The notes: a model not told the origin generated them from the letters alone. DNA of 63,319 nucleotides, filler included, from GCA_964501035.1; 3 parts of 3 records of this genome joined end to end with filler, not necessarily neighbours in it, one strand, 5' to 3'; positions 31,077 through 42,327 are shown, counted from the whole stretch's first letter. Numbers and translations: made by a program.

Positions 31077-32850
31077 TATTCAAAAATTATCAACTAAACT
31101 AATAAATCAAATTGCAGCAGGTGAGGTAATTGAACGTCCAGCCTCCATTGTTAAAGAATTGATTGAAAACTCAATTGATGCTAATGCGTCTAAAATTATT
31201 ATCGATGTAGAAGATGGTGGCCAAAAATCTATTCGTATCGAAGATAATGGTGATGGAATGGATGCTGCTGATTTAGTCCTAGCGTTTAAAAGACATGCTA
31301 CCAGTAAAATTAATATTCAAGAAGATCTAGAACATATATCATCTTTAGGGTTTAGGGGGGAAGCTCTACCAAGTATTGCTTCTGTTTCACAAGTAATTGT
31401 TAAATCTACTTCTGAAAATAATACAGGAACAGAACTAATTATACATGGAGGAGTGCAAAAAAGTTTAAAACCAATAGCTCAGAACATAGGCACCTTTATT
31501 CATGTAAAAAACCTATTTTATAATATACCTGCACGTCGAAAATTTCTAAAAAAACCTGAAACAGAGTTTAAAATTATTACAGAAACAATAAGAAAATTTA
31601 TGATTGCTTATCCTGAGATTTCCTTCAAGTTTACGAATAATTCAAAACAGGTCTTTAATACTGTTGAAGATTCTTTAGAAAGCAGATTAAAAAGTATTTT
31701 TGGAAATTCTTTTTCTAAAATGTTGTTACCAGTATTTTATGAAAAAAAACCATACAAAGTAACAGGATATGTTGGAAATTTATCCACTGTTCGTAAGAGA
31801 CCCGGATCTCAATATCTAGTAATTAATGGAAGGCATGTAAAAGATAGATTATTAAATTCTGCTGTTTTTAGTTCATATCGTTCTTTACTTGGTAGGGGTG
31901 AATATCCATTTTTTGCTCTTTTTATTGATATGCCAACAGAATTATTGGATGTAAATGTTCATCCTGCTAAACTTGAAGTGCGATTTCAAAATGAGTGGCA
32001 AGTATATCACGTTATTAAATCAGCAACAATAACTGCATTAAAAGAAATATTAGACGTAATTCCTAATTTTAATCAATATACAAATTTTAATGATAATCAA
32101 ACAGTTACTACTTCAAATTTACCATTTAAGAATGAAGTTAGAAATTTACCAATCGAACAAGCACCAAGATCCTTCCCCAACAATGATATTAAATCAGAAT
32201 TACATACTGATTTTAATTTACAACGTGCACATGACAGAGTAGAAACCTTAGTTCAAACACAACACAGTGAAGCGGTTAATATTTCTTCCAATGCAATTTG
32301 GCAAGTTCACAACACATACTTGATTACAGAAATTAAATCAGGTTTAATCATTATTGACCAACATGTAGCGCATGAAAGAATTCTATTTGAATCCGCCAAA
32401 AAAGCTTTTAATGGCCAAAAACTACCTTCACAAACCTTGTTATTTCCACAAACAATTACCTTTCAACCTGACGAATATTCATCGCTTTTAGATGTAATTC
32501 CATATTTGCATAAAATTGGGTTCAAGCTAAGAGAGTTTGGTGCAAATTCGATTATTATTGAAGGTACACCATCAGATATTCATTGGGGAAGTGAAAAAGA
32601 AGTAATTATTGAAATATTAGATAAGTTTAAAGTTTCAAGAGAATTGAATGCTTCTTTTCTTGATCATATTGCATCAACCTATGCGTGTAAAGGCGCTGTA
32701 AAAGCAGGTGACTCCTTGACTACAGAAGAACAAAGAAATTTAGTAGATAGACTTTTTGCAACTGAGCACCCATATTACTGTCCACACGGAAGACCTATCA
32801 TAATTAATTTATCTTTAGAAGAATTAGGTAAAAGGTTTGAAAGACATTAA
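31069..32850 (+). CDS. mutL: DNA mismatch repair endonuclease MutL
   Basis: IAAGEVIERP, GFRGEAL, DQHVAHERILFE, CPHGRP. Confidence 0.96.
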   Translation: MANIQKLSTKLINQIAAGEVIERPASIVKELIENSIDANASKIIIDVEDGGQKSIRIEDNGDGMDAADLVLAFKRHATSKINIQEDLEHISSLGFRGEALPSIASVSQVIVKSTSENNTGTELIIHGGVQKSLKPIAQNIGTFIHVKNLFYNIPARRKFLKKPETEFKIITETIRKFMIAYPEISFKFTNNSKQVFNTVEDSLESRLKSIFGNSFSKMLLPVFYEKKPYKVTGYVGNLSTVRKRPGSQYLVINGRHVKDRLLNSAVFSSYRSLLGRGEYPFFALFIDMPTELLDVNVHPAKLEVRFQNEWQVYHVIKSATITALKEILDVIPNFNQYTNFNDNQTVTTSNLPFKNEVRNLPIEQAPRSFPNNDIKSELHTDFNLQRAHDRVETLVQTQHSEAVNISSNAIWQVHNTYLITEIKSGLIIIDQHVAHERILFESAKKAFNGQKLPSQTLLFPQTITFQPDEYSSLLDVIPYLHKIGFKLREFGANSIIIEGTPSDIHWGSEKEVIIEILDKFKVSRELNASFLDHIASTYACKGAVKAGDSLTTEEQRNLVDRLFATEHPYYCPHGRPIIINLSLEELGKRFERH

Positions 32851-32873
32851 ATATTGTTTTCTAAAGGAGATAT

Positions 32874-33479
32874 ATGAAACATAAAAAATCAATGAAACAT
32901 CTATTAGGTACAGGTTTACTTTCAATAGTTCCTATTGCAGTTACATATTGGATTATTGAAAAATTATTCAATTTTTTCGCAAAGCCTGGAGCATCAATAG
33001 TTAATGTATTTTTTGGAGATAAAACCTACCCATACATTCCAGAATTTGTAGGATTTATATTGACCTTAATTTTTATTATTTTTGTTGGGTTGATCATTTC
33101 AAATGTAATTGGCAAACAACTCTACAATTGGATGGAAAATGTTCTCTCACGCATTCCAATTGTCAATTCTGTCTATAAAACTATTAAAGGAATCACAGTT
33201 TCAATTTCGGACAATAATAAACAAGCATTTAAAAAAGTTGTTTTTATTGAATATCCTAGAAAAGGTTTGTGGTCTTTAGCGATGGTTACGGGAGAATCAA
33301 AGAATACCAAAGGTGAAGAATATTATCATGTTGTCGTTGTAACAACACCTAATCCGACTTCAGGATATTTATTATATATTTTAAAAAGTGATACTATTGA
33401 AACTAAGATGTCTGTTGAAGAAGGATTGAAAATTATTATTTCAGGTGGGTTGTTAGCCCCGGACTCAAATGAAATCTAA
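32874..33479 (+). CDS. DUF502 family membrane protein
   Basis: RIPIVNSVY, EYPRKG, TTPNPTSG. Confidence 0.9.
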   Translation: MKHKKSMKHLLGTGLLSIVPIAVTYWIIEKLFNFFAKPGASIVNVFFGDKTYPYIPEFVGFILTLIFIIFVGLIISNVIGKQLYNWMENVLSRIPIVNSVYKTIKGITVSISDNNKQAFKKVVFIEYPRKGLWSLAMVTGESKNTKGEEYYHVVVVTTPNPTSGYLLYILKSDTIETKMSVEEGLKIIISGGLLAPDSNEI

Positions 33480-33635
33480 AAGATAATTAGTTTGTGTTTT
33501 CCAGTAAAATTTACAAATAATATTTTTAGAACGTCACATTTACATACTACCCACTAATAATATTAAATTGCTAAGTTATCTGCTTATTATTCTTTTGAGA
33601 ATAGCAATTATAAATTTGTAAAATTGTTTTTAGTA

Positions 33636-34085
33636 GTGCAATCAATAGCAACAAATAGAAAAGCTAGACATGAATACCACATTCTTGATACGTTTGAGGC
33701 AGGAATTGTTTTGCAAGGTTCGGAAGTAAAAGCATTACGTGAAGGGAAAGCCAATATAAAAGAATCATATATTAGGTTTGTAACACAAGAACTTTATTTG
33801 ATTGGTATGCATATTGGGGAGTATTCTCATGCTGGATATTCAACTCATTCCGCTGTACATGATAGAAAGTTATTGATGCATCGACGCGAATTAAGCAAGA
33901 TTCAAAAATTAGTTGAAGAAAAGGGTAAAACCTTAATTCCATTATCACTTTATTTTAAGCAAGGAAAAGTGAAGGTAAATTTTGGTTTAGCTCAAGGTAA
34001 AAAAATATGGGACAAACGTAAAACTAAGGCAGACAGGGATATTAGACGACAAATGGACAGAGCATTAAAGGGACAAAGACAATAA
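33636..34085 (+). CDS. smpB: SsrA-binding protein SmpB (start uncertain: 33624 or 33636)
   Basis: NRKARHEY, EAGIVLQGSEVK, RKLLMH, GKKIWDKR. Confidence 0.95.
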   Translation: MQSIATNRKARHEYHILDTFEAGIVLQGSEVKALREGKANIKESYIRFVTQELYLIGMHIGEYSHAGYSTHSAVHDRKLLMHRRELSKIQKLVEEKGKTLIPLSLYFKQGKVKVNFGLAQGKKIWDKRKTKADRDIRRQMDRALKGQRQ

Positions 34086-35296
34086 TGGCATATTTTCCAC
34101 CAATTAATGAACAGATGGATTTATATAAAAGAGGAATTGATGAAATTATTCCTGAAGAAACATTAGTTAAAAAGCTTGAAAAGTCTGAAAAAGAAAAAAT
34201 ACCATTAAAAATAAAATTTGGTTGCGATCCTAGCAGACCTGATTTACATATTGGGCATGCAGTGGTTCTGCGTAAACTTAGACACTTCCAAGAAATGGGA
34301 CATCAGGCTATTCTACTTATTGGTGATTTTACAGCAATGATTGGAGATCCAACTGGCCGAAACAAAACTAGACCACAACTCACAATTGAAGAAACTAAAA
34401 CTAATGCACAATCATATATCGACCAAGCAGGTGTTGTATTAGATAATGAAACACTAAAAATAGTTTATAATTCAGATTGGTTAGGTAACATGAACTTTTC
34501 AGATGTTATAAGCTTATCTTCGAAATATACAGTTGCACGCATGCTGGAACGAGATGATTTTACAAAAAGATATAAAAGTGGAGTTCCGATTTCTGTGCAT
34601 GAATTCTTGTATCCCCTTGCTCAAGGATATGATAGTGTTTATTTAAACGCTGATGTAGAATTAGGTGGCACTGATCAAAAATTTAATTTACTTGTTGGTC
34701 GTGATTTGCAAAAAGAAAGCGGTCAACATCCACAGGTAATTATTACTACCCCCTTACTTGAAGGTACAGATGGTGTGGAAAAAATGTCAAAATCATATGA
34801 CAATTATATTGGTATAACAGATTCACCAAATGATATTTATGGACGGACTTTATCTATTCCTGATTCGCTTATTGCTCGCTATTTTGAGTTTGGAACTGAA
34901 ATTACATCTCATGATTTGAACACAATTAAAAACGATTTAGATTGTGGAGAATCAAACCCTAGAGATTTAAAACGACAATTAGCTCGAAACCTTGTAACAA
35001 TGTATCATAACGCAGAATTAGCTCAGAAAGCTGAATCAGATTTTGATGCATTATTTATCAAAAAGGATATCCCTGATGAAATGCCTAAGACACAATTAGG
35101 TGAAACTACTAAACTAATTCATGTAATGAAATCAAATAACATGGTCTCTAGTAATGGTGAAGCCCGCAGGTTAATTCAACAGGGTGGTGTGCAAATTGAT
35201 GGAGAAAAGATATTTGATATCCATCATGAAATACCACATAAACTTGATTGTGTACTAAAAGTAGGTAAACGTAAATTTTTAAGGATTTGTCAATAA
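34085..35296 (+). CDS. tyrS: Tyrosyl-tRNA synthetase
   Basis: DLHIGH, GGTDQKFN, KMSKS, C-terminal S4 domain. Confidence 0.96.
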   Translation: MAYFPPINEQMDLYKRGIDEIIPEETLVKKLEKSEKEKIPLKIKFGCDPSRPDLHIGHAVVLRKLRHFQEMGHQAILLIGDFTAMIGDPTGRNKTRPQLTIEETKTNAQSYIDQAGVVLDNETLKIVYNSDWLGNMNFSDVISLSSKYTVARMLERDDFTKRYKSGVPISVHEFLYPLAQGYDSVYLNADVELGGTDQKFNLLVGRDLQKESGQHPQVIITTPLLEGTDGVEKMSKSYDNYIGITDSPNDIYGRTLSIPDSLIARYFEFGTEITSHDLNTIKNDLDCGESNPRDLKRQLARNLVTMYHNAELAQKAESDFDALFIKKDIPDEMPKTQLGETTKLIHVMKSNNMVSSNGEARRLIQQGGVQIDGEKIFDIHHEIPHKLDCVLKVGKRKFLRICQ

Positions 35297-36423
35297 TGCA
35301 TAAATTGTATTTCACATTTAAAATCATAATAATTTTACTTCTAACTCAAGCTTGTAACTACACTTTAAGAGGTGTTGTTGTTCAAGAAAGTAAATCAAAT
35401 ACACTTTCTGGCATAATTCCGAAACATAAAGCTGTTGAACTAGATAGCATACAATATCCTACTTCAATTATATTTATTATAGCAGATGGAACTGGTATAG
35501 GACAGTATACACTTTCGTATTATCATGATGAAAATTTTGCGATGCATAGGTTTGAACATGTTGGGTTAATTACCACACATCCGAAAGATGGCTTGAAAAA
35601 AGTTACGGATTCTGCTGCTAGTGGTACTACACTTGCAACTGGAAATAAAACGTATAATGGTGCAATTGGAGTTGATCACGAACAAAATAACTATACAACT
35701 GTACTTGATTGGGCAAAAAAGAATAAAAAATCAACAGGGTTAATTGCAACTTCCACAATATCACATGCAACACCAGCAGCTTTTGCGACTCATGTTGAAT
35801 CGAGACGTATGCAAGCTGAAATAGCTCAACAATTAGCTAATTCAGATGTTGATTTATTGTTCGGTGGTGGGAAGAAATATTGGACACCTAAAATCTTAAA
35901 TAAACTCCAACAGAATAATGTACAAATTATTGAAGATTTTAATCAATCCATAGATTTTGAAAACCGTGTCATTGGATTGTTTTCAGATGATGCTCTTCCT
36001 CAACACAATTCAGCAAGGTTACCAACAACAACTAAAATGACTCAAGAAGCACTTGTTTATTTGGACCAAAATGAACAAGGTTTTTTCTTAATGGTTGAAG
36101 AGTCTCAAGTTGATTGGGGCGGACATGCTAACAGTGCTGAATATATTGCTGGAGAAATGAAATCACTAAATGAATTAGTGCATTACTGTTTAGACTATCA
36201 AATATTACACCCAGAAGTATTAGTTGTGTTAACATCTGATCATGAATGTGGGGGAGTTGCTGTTCATGACGGACCAAATGGCTCATTGGATGTAAAGTTT
36301 ACGTCAGATTATCATTCTGCAAATATGGTACCTGTTTTTGCTTCTGGTCCAGGTGCTCAAAATTTTGACGCATTACTAGATAATACAGATATTGGAAAAA
36401 TTCTAATTGAGTTTATGAAATAA
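35296..36423 (+). CDS. Alkaline phosphatase (PhoA family), probable lipoprotein
   Basis: IIADGTG, TDSAASGT, HATPAAF, DWGGH, SDHECG; LTQAC lipobox-like. Confidence 0.88.
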   Translation: MHKLYFTFKIIIILLLTQACNYTLRGVVVQESKSNTLSGIIPKHKAVELDSIQYPTSIIFIIADGTGIGQYTLSYYHDENFAMHRFEHVGLITTHPKDGLKKVTDSAASGTTLATGNKTYNGAIGVDHEQNNYTTVLDWAKKNKKSTGLIATSTISHATPAAFATHVESRRMQAEIAQQLANSDVDLLFGGGKKYWTPKILNKLQQNNVQIIEDFNQSIDFENRVIGLFSDDALPQHNSARLPTTTKMTQEALVYLDQNEQGFFLMVEESQVDWGGHANSAEYIAGEMKSLNELVHYCLDYQILHPEVLVVLTSDHECGGVAVHDGPNGSLDVKFTSDYHSANMVPVFASGPGAQNFDALLDNTDIGKILIEFMK

Positions 36424-37196
36424 TGTTTGTTCAAACTCCAGTTGCAAATATGTATAGAGAACCATCATTTTCATCAGAAATGATTACTCAATCTTTAATG
36501 GGTGAATATTTAAAAGTATTAAAAAAACAAGACAATTGGGTATATGTAGAGCAATGGGATGGTTATGTAAGCTGGGTCAATAAATTTTATTTATCAGATT
36601 ATGAAAATGAGAAATTATCTACCAAGGTTACAATATTAAATGATTTTGAAAAATTATATAATCCATCTAACATGAAGCAATCATTTGGGAATGTTTCGTT
36701 TGGCACTGAGTTAACTATTGTTGAAGAAAAAGATGAAAAAATAATTGTCAAGTTGCCAAATCAAAAAAAAGCTTGTATTTCTAAGCAACACAAAGTTCCT
36801 TTTACTGAGAAACGTTGTCAAATAATTCATTTTGCAAAATTACTTTTGGGTGTTCCATATATATGGGGTGGCAAAAGTACGTTTGGATTTGACTGTTCTG
36901 GATTTGTACAGTCAGTTTTTAAAGTTGTGGGTATTGATTTTAAACGAGATAGTAGTCAGCAAGCGATTGATAAAAGTTTAAATGATCTTTCTTTAAATGA
37001 AATTGAAAAGGGAGATTTACTCTTTTTTGCAGAAAATCAAAATATTACTCATGTTGCAATATCTCTTGGAAAGCTAGATTTTATTCACTGTTCAGGTATG
37101 GTAAGAATAAATTCATTTGATGATAAAAGTAAATTGTATAATGCAAATCTTAAAAATTGGCACGTTAAAACCCTTTCAATTAAAAATCTTATATGA
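36423..37196 (+). CDS. SH3 + NlpC/P60 peptidase (YkfC-like)
   Basis: PYIWGG, GFDCSG, RDS.QQ, GDLLFF, HVAI, FIH. Confidence 0.9.
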   Translation: MFVQTPVANMYREPSFSSEMITQSLMGEYLKVLKKQDNWVYVEQWDGYVSWVNKFYLSDYENEKLSTKVTILNDFEKLYNPSNMKQSFGNVSFGTELTIVEEKDEKIIVKLPNQKKACISKQHKVPFTEKRCQIIHFAKLLLGVPYIWGGKSTFGFDCSGFVQSVFKVVGIDFKRDSSQQAIDKSLNDLSLNEIEKGDLLFFAENQNITHVAISLGKLDFIHCSGMVRINSFDDKSKLYNANLKNWHVKTLSIKNLI

Positions 37197-37711
37197 GCTA
37201 TCTCTTAAATAGAAAAGTATTATTATTAAACCAATCATATGAACCATTAATGATAATCGGTGCAAAAAGGGCTGTAATTATGATGTTAATGCAAAAAGTT
37301 GAAATTGTTGAAAAATATACTGAACAGATACATTCTACTTTTTTAACATTACCTTTACCAAGTGTAATTCGATTAAAATGGTATGCTAGTTTTAAAAAGA
37401 AAGAGATCGTTCTATCGAGGCGAAATATTTTACGGAGAGATAATCATCGATGTCAGTACTGTGGAACTGGCTCTGTACCAATGACAATTGATCATGTTAT
37501 CCCTCGCAATAAAGGGGGGCGAGATACATGGGAAAATTTAGTTGCAGCTTGTGTTAAATGTAATACTTCAAAAGGCGATTCAAATTTACATGATATTGCG
37601 ATGAATCTTAGAACAAAACCCAAAAAACCAAACCATATATTTCACATGCAAAAATATGTTAAACGTCATCAAGATACATGGAGACCTTACTTGTTTATGG
37701 AAAAAACTTAG
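37193..37711 (+). CDS. HNH endonuclease (McrA-like)
   Basis: VLLLNQSYEPL, RDNHRCQYCG, TIDHVIP, WENLVAACVKCN. Confidence 0.92.
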   Translation: MSYLLNRKVLLLNQSYEPLMIIGAKRAVIMMLMQKVEIVEKYTEQIHSTFLTLPLPSVIRLKWYASFKKKEIVLSRRNILRRDNHRCQYCGTGSVPMTIDHVIPRNKGGRDTWENLVAACVKCNTSKGDSNLHDIAMNLRTKPKKPNHIFHMQKYVKRHQDTWRPYLFMEKT

Positions 37712-37719
37712 GATAAAGT

Positions 37720-38721
37720 ATGACAGGGAATAAAAAAATAATGCTATCAGGTATTCAGCCATCAGGAAATTTATGTATTGGTAATTATATTGGTGCTTTG
37801 AAGAATTGGGTACACTTACAAGAAGATTACAATAGTATTTTTCTTGTTGTAGATATGCATGCATTAACTGTGCGTCAAATACCAGCAGAACTTAGGAAAA
37901 GATGTTTATCATTTGTTGCTCAATATATTGCTTGCGGGATAGACCCTAAAAAAAATACAATTGTTATTCAATCACATGTTCCTCAACATGCAGAATTAAT
38001 GTGGGTATTATCAAGTTTAACCTATATGGGTGAGTTAAATAGAATGACTCAATTTAAAGATAAATCAAAAAAGCATAATACCAATATTAATGTTGGGCTC
38101 TATTCATATCCTGTATTGATGGCATCAGATATATTATTGTATCAAGCAGATTTAGTACCAGTTGGAGCTGATCAAAAACAACATTTGGAATTAGCACGTG
38201 ATTTAGCAAAGAGATTTAATCATAATTATTCAGATACATTTACAATTCCTGAACCCTATATTTCAAAAATGGGAGCGCGAATTATGAGTTTGCAAAACCC
38301 TCAAAGTAAAATGTCAAAATCTGATGAAAATTTAAACAATATTATTGCTTTACTCGATAAACCAGACATTGTTATAAAAAAAATTAAAAGGGCTGTAACT
38401 GATTCCGGAAAAGAAATTAAATTTGACGAAAACAAACCAGGTTTGGCAAACTTAATGAATATGTATTCTGCAATGTCTGGAGATTCAATCAACACAATTG
38501 AATCTGAGTTTGAAGGAAAAATGTATTCTGATTTCAAACATACATTAGGCGAACTAACTGTTGAAACATTAAAACCAGTTCAGGCAAAATATGATGAAAT
38601 AATCTCTGATAAATCTTTTTTAGAAAATGTTTTAAAAAATGGTGCTGAAAATGCTTTCTTTTTAGCAAGGAAAACATTATCTAAAGTTTATAGAAAAGTG
38701 GGTTTTGTACAACCTAAATAA
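37720..38721 (+). CDS. trpS: Tryptophanyl-tRNA synthetase
   Basis: SGIQPSG, GNYIGA, VPVGADQKQH, KMSKS. Confidence 0.96.
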   Translation: MTGNKKIMLSGIQPSGNLCIGNYIGALKNWVHLQEDYNSIFLVVDMHALTVRQIPAELRKRCLSFVAQYIACGIDPKKNTIVIQSHVPQHAELMWVLSSLTYMGELNRMTQFKDKSKKHNTNINVGLYSYPVLMASDILLYQADLVPVGADQKQHLELARDLAKRFNHNYSDTFTIPEPYISKMGARIMSLQNPQSKMSKSDENLNNIIALLDKPDIVIKKIKRAVTDSGKEIKFDENKPGLANLMNMYSAMSGDSINTIESEFEGKMYSDFKHTLGELTVETLKPVQAKYDEIISDKSFLENVLKNGAENAFFLARKTLSKVYRKVGFVQPK

Positions 38722-39437
38722 TGAGTTATAAAATCAAATTAGATACATTTGAAGGTCCGCTTGATTTACTATTGTTTTTCATTCATCGGGACCGAATAAA
38801 TGTTTATGATATTCCAATTTCTCACATTACTGAAGAATTTTTGACTTATATTCAAATGATGAAAACATTGAATATTGAAGTAGGAGGTGAATTTGTTTTA
38901 ATGGCTTCAATGTTAATGCGAATAAAAACAAAAATGTTACTCCCTGTAGAACAAAATTCAGAAGTTGATGAAATTATTGATCCACGGACTGATTTAGTAC
39001 AGAAAATACTAGAGTACAAGCAATATAAAGAAGCCTCAGAAGATATTCAATATCTTCACGATATCCACTATCAAAAATTTAATAAGGGTATTGAAATTCC
39101 AATTTCAAGTTTCAATCATGACACGGACCGAGGTATTGCACATATTTCACTATTTGACTTACTTTCCATTTATAAGCAAATGATTGAAAAATTACCAGAA
39201 ACCAATCCCCTGGAACTTAATCTTGAAGAAATCCATTTAGATTATCAAATTCAATATCTTTCACATATTTTATCAAAAGATAAAAAAATGTTTTTTTCTG
39301 AAATATTCAAAAACTTTCAAAGTCGAAACCAATTTGTTATCACTTTTTTAGCACTTTTAGAGATGCTACGGCTAAACACAATTAAATTAGAGCAAAAACA
39401 ACCATTTTGTGATATTATGATTGGTATCAATACGTGA
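38721..39437 (+). CDS. scpA: Segregation/condensation protein A
   Basis: FEGPLDLLL, FLALLEM. Confidence 0.93.
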   Translation: MSYKIKLDTFEGPLDLLLFFIHRDRINVYDIPISHITEEFLTYIQMMKTLNIEVGGEFVLMASMLMRIKTKMLLPVEQNSEVDEIIDPRTDLVQKILEYKQYKEASEDIQYLHDIHYQKFNKGIEIPISSFNHDTDRGIAHISLFDLLSIYKQMIEKLPETNPLELNLEEIHLDYQIQYLSHILSKDKKMFFSEIFKNFQSRNQFVITFLALLEMLRLNTIKLEQKQPFCDIMIGINT

Positions 39438-39964
39438 GAAATGAAGACTTAAAATTAATTGAAGTATTGTTGTTTGCAACTCCAGAACCACTAACGCAAC
39501 AGAAGTTAAACTTAGCTTTGAATGGTGAATTTGAAATTCATTTAAAATCAGCTGTAGATGCATTAAACTTACAATATCAAAAAGATGAAAAAGGACTCTA
39601 TATTGATGAAATCGCTGGAGGATTTCAAATTCTAACATATGAAAAATATTATGAGTATATCCAACGTCTTTATAAAGTAATAAAAAAAATTAAACTGAGT
39701 AGGCCTGCATTAGAAGCACTTTCAATAATTGCCTATCGACAACCAATTTCAAAAGCTGACGTTGAAGGGATTCGCGGTGTTGAGTGTGGAAGTGTTCTGA
39801 AAACTCTAATCGAACGTGAGTTGATTACCATAAAGGGTCGCGGTGAAGGCTTAGGTAGACCGTTATTGTATGGAACAACCCAATTATTTTTAGAATCATA
39901 TGGCTTAAACTCAGTAAAAGATTTACCAAAACTAAAAGAGTTAAACCAATTAATTCAAACCTAA
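39434..39964 (+). CDS. scpB: Segregation/condensation protein B
   Basis: ALEALSIIAYRQP, IRGV, GRPLLYGTT. Confidence 0.94.
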   Translation: MRNEDLKLIEVLLFATPEPLTQQKLNLALNGEFEIHLKSAVDALNLQYQKDEKGLYIDEIAGGFQILTYEKYYEYIQRLYKVIKKIKLSRPALEALSIIAYRQPISKADVEGIRGVECGSVLKTLIERELITIKGRGEGLGRPLLYGTTQLFLESYGLNSVKDLPKLKELNQLIQT

Positions 39965-39980
39965 GAAAGTTTAGTACGTA

Positions 39981-40679
39981 ATGAGACTTAATAAATTTTT
40001 AGCACATGCAGGAGTTGCATCTCGGAGAGCTTGTGATGAACTCATCCGTAATAAAAAAGTAAGAGTAAATAATAAAATTATTGAAGATTTTTCTTTTCAA
40101 GTAAAAGAAGAAGATTATGTGGTGTGTAATGGCAAAACCATACAATTAACACATGAACGACATGTGTATTTGGTTCATAAGCCTGCTGGGTATATTTCAA
40201 CCTCAAATGATACACATGGTAGAAAAAAAGTGATTGATTTAATTTTCTCTAAAAATAGACTATATACGATAGGACGTTTGGACAGAGATACAACAGGTAT
40301 CATTTTAGTTACTAATGATGGTGATTTAGCAAATAGATTAATGCATCCAAAATTTAAAAAGGAGAAAAAGTATATTGTTGAAACAAAAATTGATATTCCT
40401 TTTGAAAAATACTCTCAACTTTCTAGCGGACTTACACTAGAAGATGGCACTATTGCAAAAGGTCAGATTACACGTGTTGGAAAAAAACAGCTACGTTATG
40501 TTTGGGAGATTGTTTTAACTGAAGGTAAGAACAGAGAGGTAAAACGAATTTTTGAAGCACTAGAATCTAAAGTAGTAAAACTACATCGTTTTTCATTTGC
40601 AGGATTAGAATTAGGTTCGCTTAAATTAGGTCGTTATAGAAAACTCTCAAAAGTTGAGTTGAAGAAACTTTATAGTTAA
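39981..40679 (+). CDS. rRNA pseudouridine synthase (RluB/RsuA family)
   Basis: S4 domain RLNKFLA..GVASRR, GRLDRDT, EGKNREVKR. Confidence 0.92.
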   Translation: MRLNKFLAHAGVASRRACDELIRNKKVRVNNKIIEDFSFQVKEEDYVVCNGKTIQLTHERHVYLVHKPAGYISTSNDTHGRKKVIDLIFSKNRLYTIGRLDRDTTGIILVTNDGDLANRLMHPKFKKEKKYIVETKIDIPFEKYSQLSSGLTLEDGTIAKGQITRVGKKQLRYVWEIVLTEGKNREVKRIFEALESKVVKLHRFSFAGLELGSLKLGRYRKLSKVELKKLYS

Positions 40680-40680
40680 T

Positions 40681-42231
40681 CTATTTGTAACTTACAAACT
40701 TTCCGGCTTTATATCTTTCCCAGTAGTCATTTAATCTGGATTTAACTTCAGGCAATAAGAACATCGCTCCAATTATATTTGGGAATGCTGCTGATAAAAT
40801 CATCATATCTGAAAAATCTAGTACATTGCCTAGTTTTGTAATTGAACCAAAAAATACACAAAACAAAAATAATCCTTGGTAAATTGGTACTGTTTTTTTG
40901 CCAAATAAATATATCCAACCTTTATCTCCATAATAATACCAAGAAATCATTGTACTGTATGAAAAAAGAAAAACAACAATTGATAAAATTAAAGGAAACC
41001 AACTGATTACCGAACTGAACGCTACAGAAGTAAACTCAGCACCTCGATTCGCTTTAGATAACTCATTGTTTGCAAAATCCAATTTTGATTGAGCTGAAAT
41101 AATATCCGCTTCAGAAACCGCAATCTCTAACGATTGCTCAGCATTATACACACTTAGTTTTGCTTGATTATAGTTTTGAAGCAAATGGTTGTTTTCCGTT
41201 GTAATTAACAATACGGATGCAGTCATAAAACAAATTACAATTGTATCAATAAATGGTCCAATCATAGCAACTAAACCTTCACGAATAGGTTCATCAGTTT
41301 TAGCGGCTGAGTGAGCAATTGCTGCAGAACCAACACCCCCCTCATTAGAGAAAACTGCGCGTTTTATTCCAATTACTAAAACACCCAATACACCACCGTA
41401 AAACGCTTGTGGATTAAATGCTTGTGTAAAGATTGAATTTATAACACCAGGTAATTTATCTAAGTTAGAAAAGATAATAAAGAGGGATGCCCCAACATAT
41501 AAAATCACCATTCCAGGTACTATTTTTTCAGTCGCCTTACCAATTCTAACTATTCCACCCAATATAACCAAAGCTACTAATCCCGATAGAATGAGGCCAT
41601 ACAACCAACTGTTTTGTGCAAGCAAGGGTACTTGTGTGGCAACAAGTTCATAAGATTGATTTGCTTGAAACATATTTCCACCACCAAATGCACCTCCAAT
41701 AATGAATAAAGCGTATAATGCGCCTAAGAATTTCCCTAATTTTTTAACAAATCCACCTTTTGAATCAAGTCCCATGCTAATATAATACATGGGTCCACCG
41801 TTTACTGAACCGTTTGAATCAATTTGTCTATACATTTGGGCTAATGAAGCGGAAACAAACTTAGCCGACATACTAAACACTGCAATTGCCATCATCCAAA
41901 AGACAGCACCTGCACCACCTTGTGCAACAGCTATTGCTACACCAGCAATATTACCTAAACCTACTGTAGCAGAAAGTGCTGAAGTAAGTGCTTGAAAATG
42001 ACTGATTTGTCCATCGTCATTTGGATTATCATATTTACCACGAATAATATCCACAGAGTGTTTTATTGCTCTGATATTGATAAATCTAAAATATAGTGTG
42101 AATGTTACAGCTCCAATAATTAAGACTATAACTATAAGAGGAAAACCAAATAAATCTGCAAATAATATTTTAGCTAAATATTTCACTAAAACACCAAATA
42201 GTGCATCAATGTTTGTCAAAAACGAATTCAT
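40681..42231 (-). CDS. Alanine/glycine:cation symporter (AGCS family)
   Basis: ATVGLGNIAGVA, GGPMYY, RAVFSNEGGVGSA, PFIDT. Confidence 0.94.
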   Translation of the reverse strand: MNSFLTNIDALFGVLVKYLAKILFADLFGFPLIVIVLIIGAVTFTLYFRFINIRAIKHSVDIIRGKYDNPNDDGQISHFQALTSALSATVGLGNIAGVAIAVAQGGAGAVFWMMAIAVFSMSAKFVSASLAQMYRQIDSNGSVNGGPMYYISMGLDSKGGFVKKLGKFLGALYALFIIGGAFGGGNMFQANQSYELVATQVPLLAQNSWLYGLILSGLVALVILGGIVRIGKATEKIVPGMVILYVGASLFIIFSNLDKLPGVINSIFTQAFNPQAFYGGVLGVLVIGIKRAVFSNEGGVGSAAIAHSAAKTDEPIREGLVAMIGPFIDTIVICFMTASVLLITTENNHLLQNYNQAKLSVYNAEQSLEIAVSEADIISAQSKLDFANNELSKANRGAEFTSVAFSSVISWFPLILSIVVFLFSYSTMISWYYYGDKGWIYLFGKKTVPIYQGLFLFCVFFGSITKLGNVLDFSDMMILSAAFPNIIGAMFLLPEVKSRLNDYWERYKAGKFVSYK

Positions 42232-42327
42232 AAAACTCCTTAATATTTAAAAGTGGTAAATCAAATGAATAGAATATTTAAAATTAATAGCTAAAATAAT
42301 AAGACCAAACACCATCATGAATCAACG

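Noticed and set aside
37193..37711. HNH nuclease as a defence system or homing element
   Set aside because: Widespread stand-alone McrA-like type in a housekeeping operon; no methylase, array or intron context.
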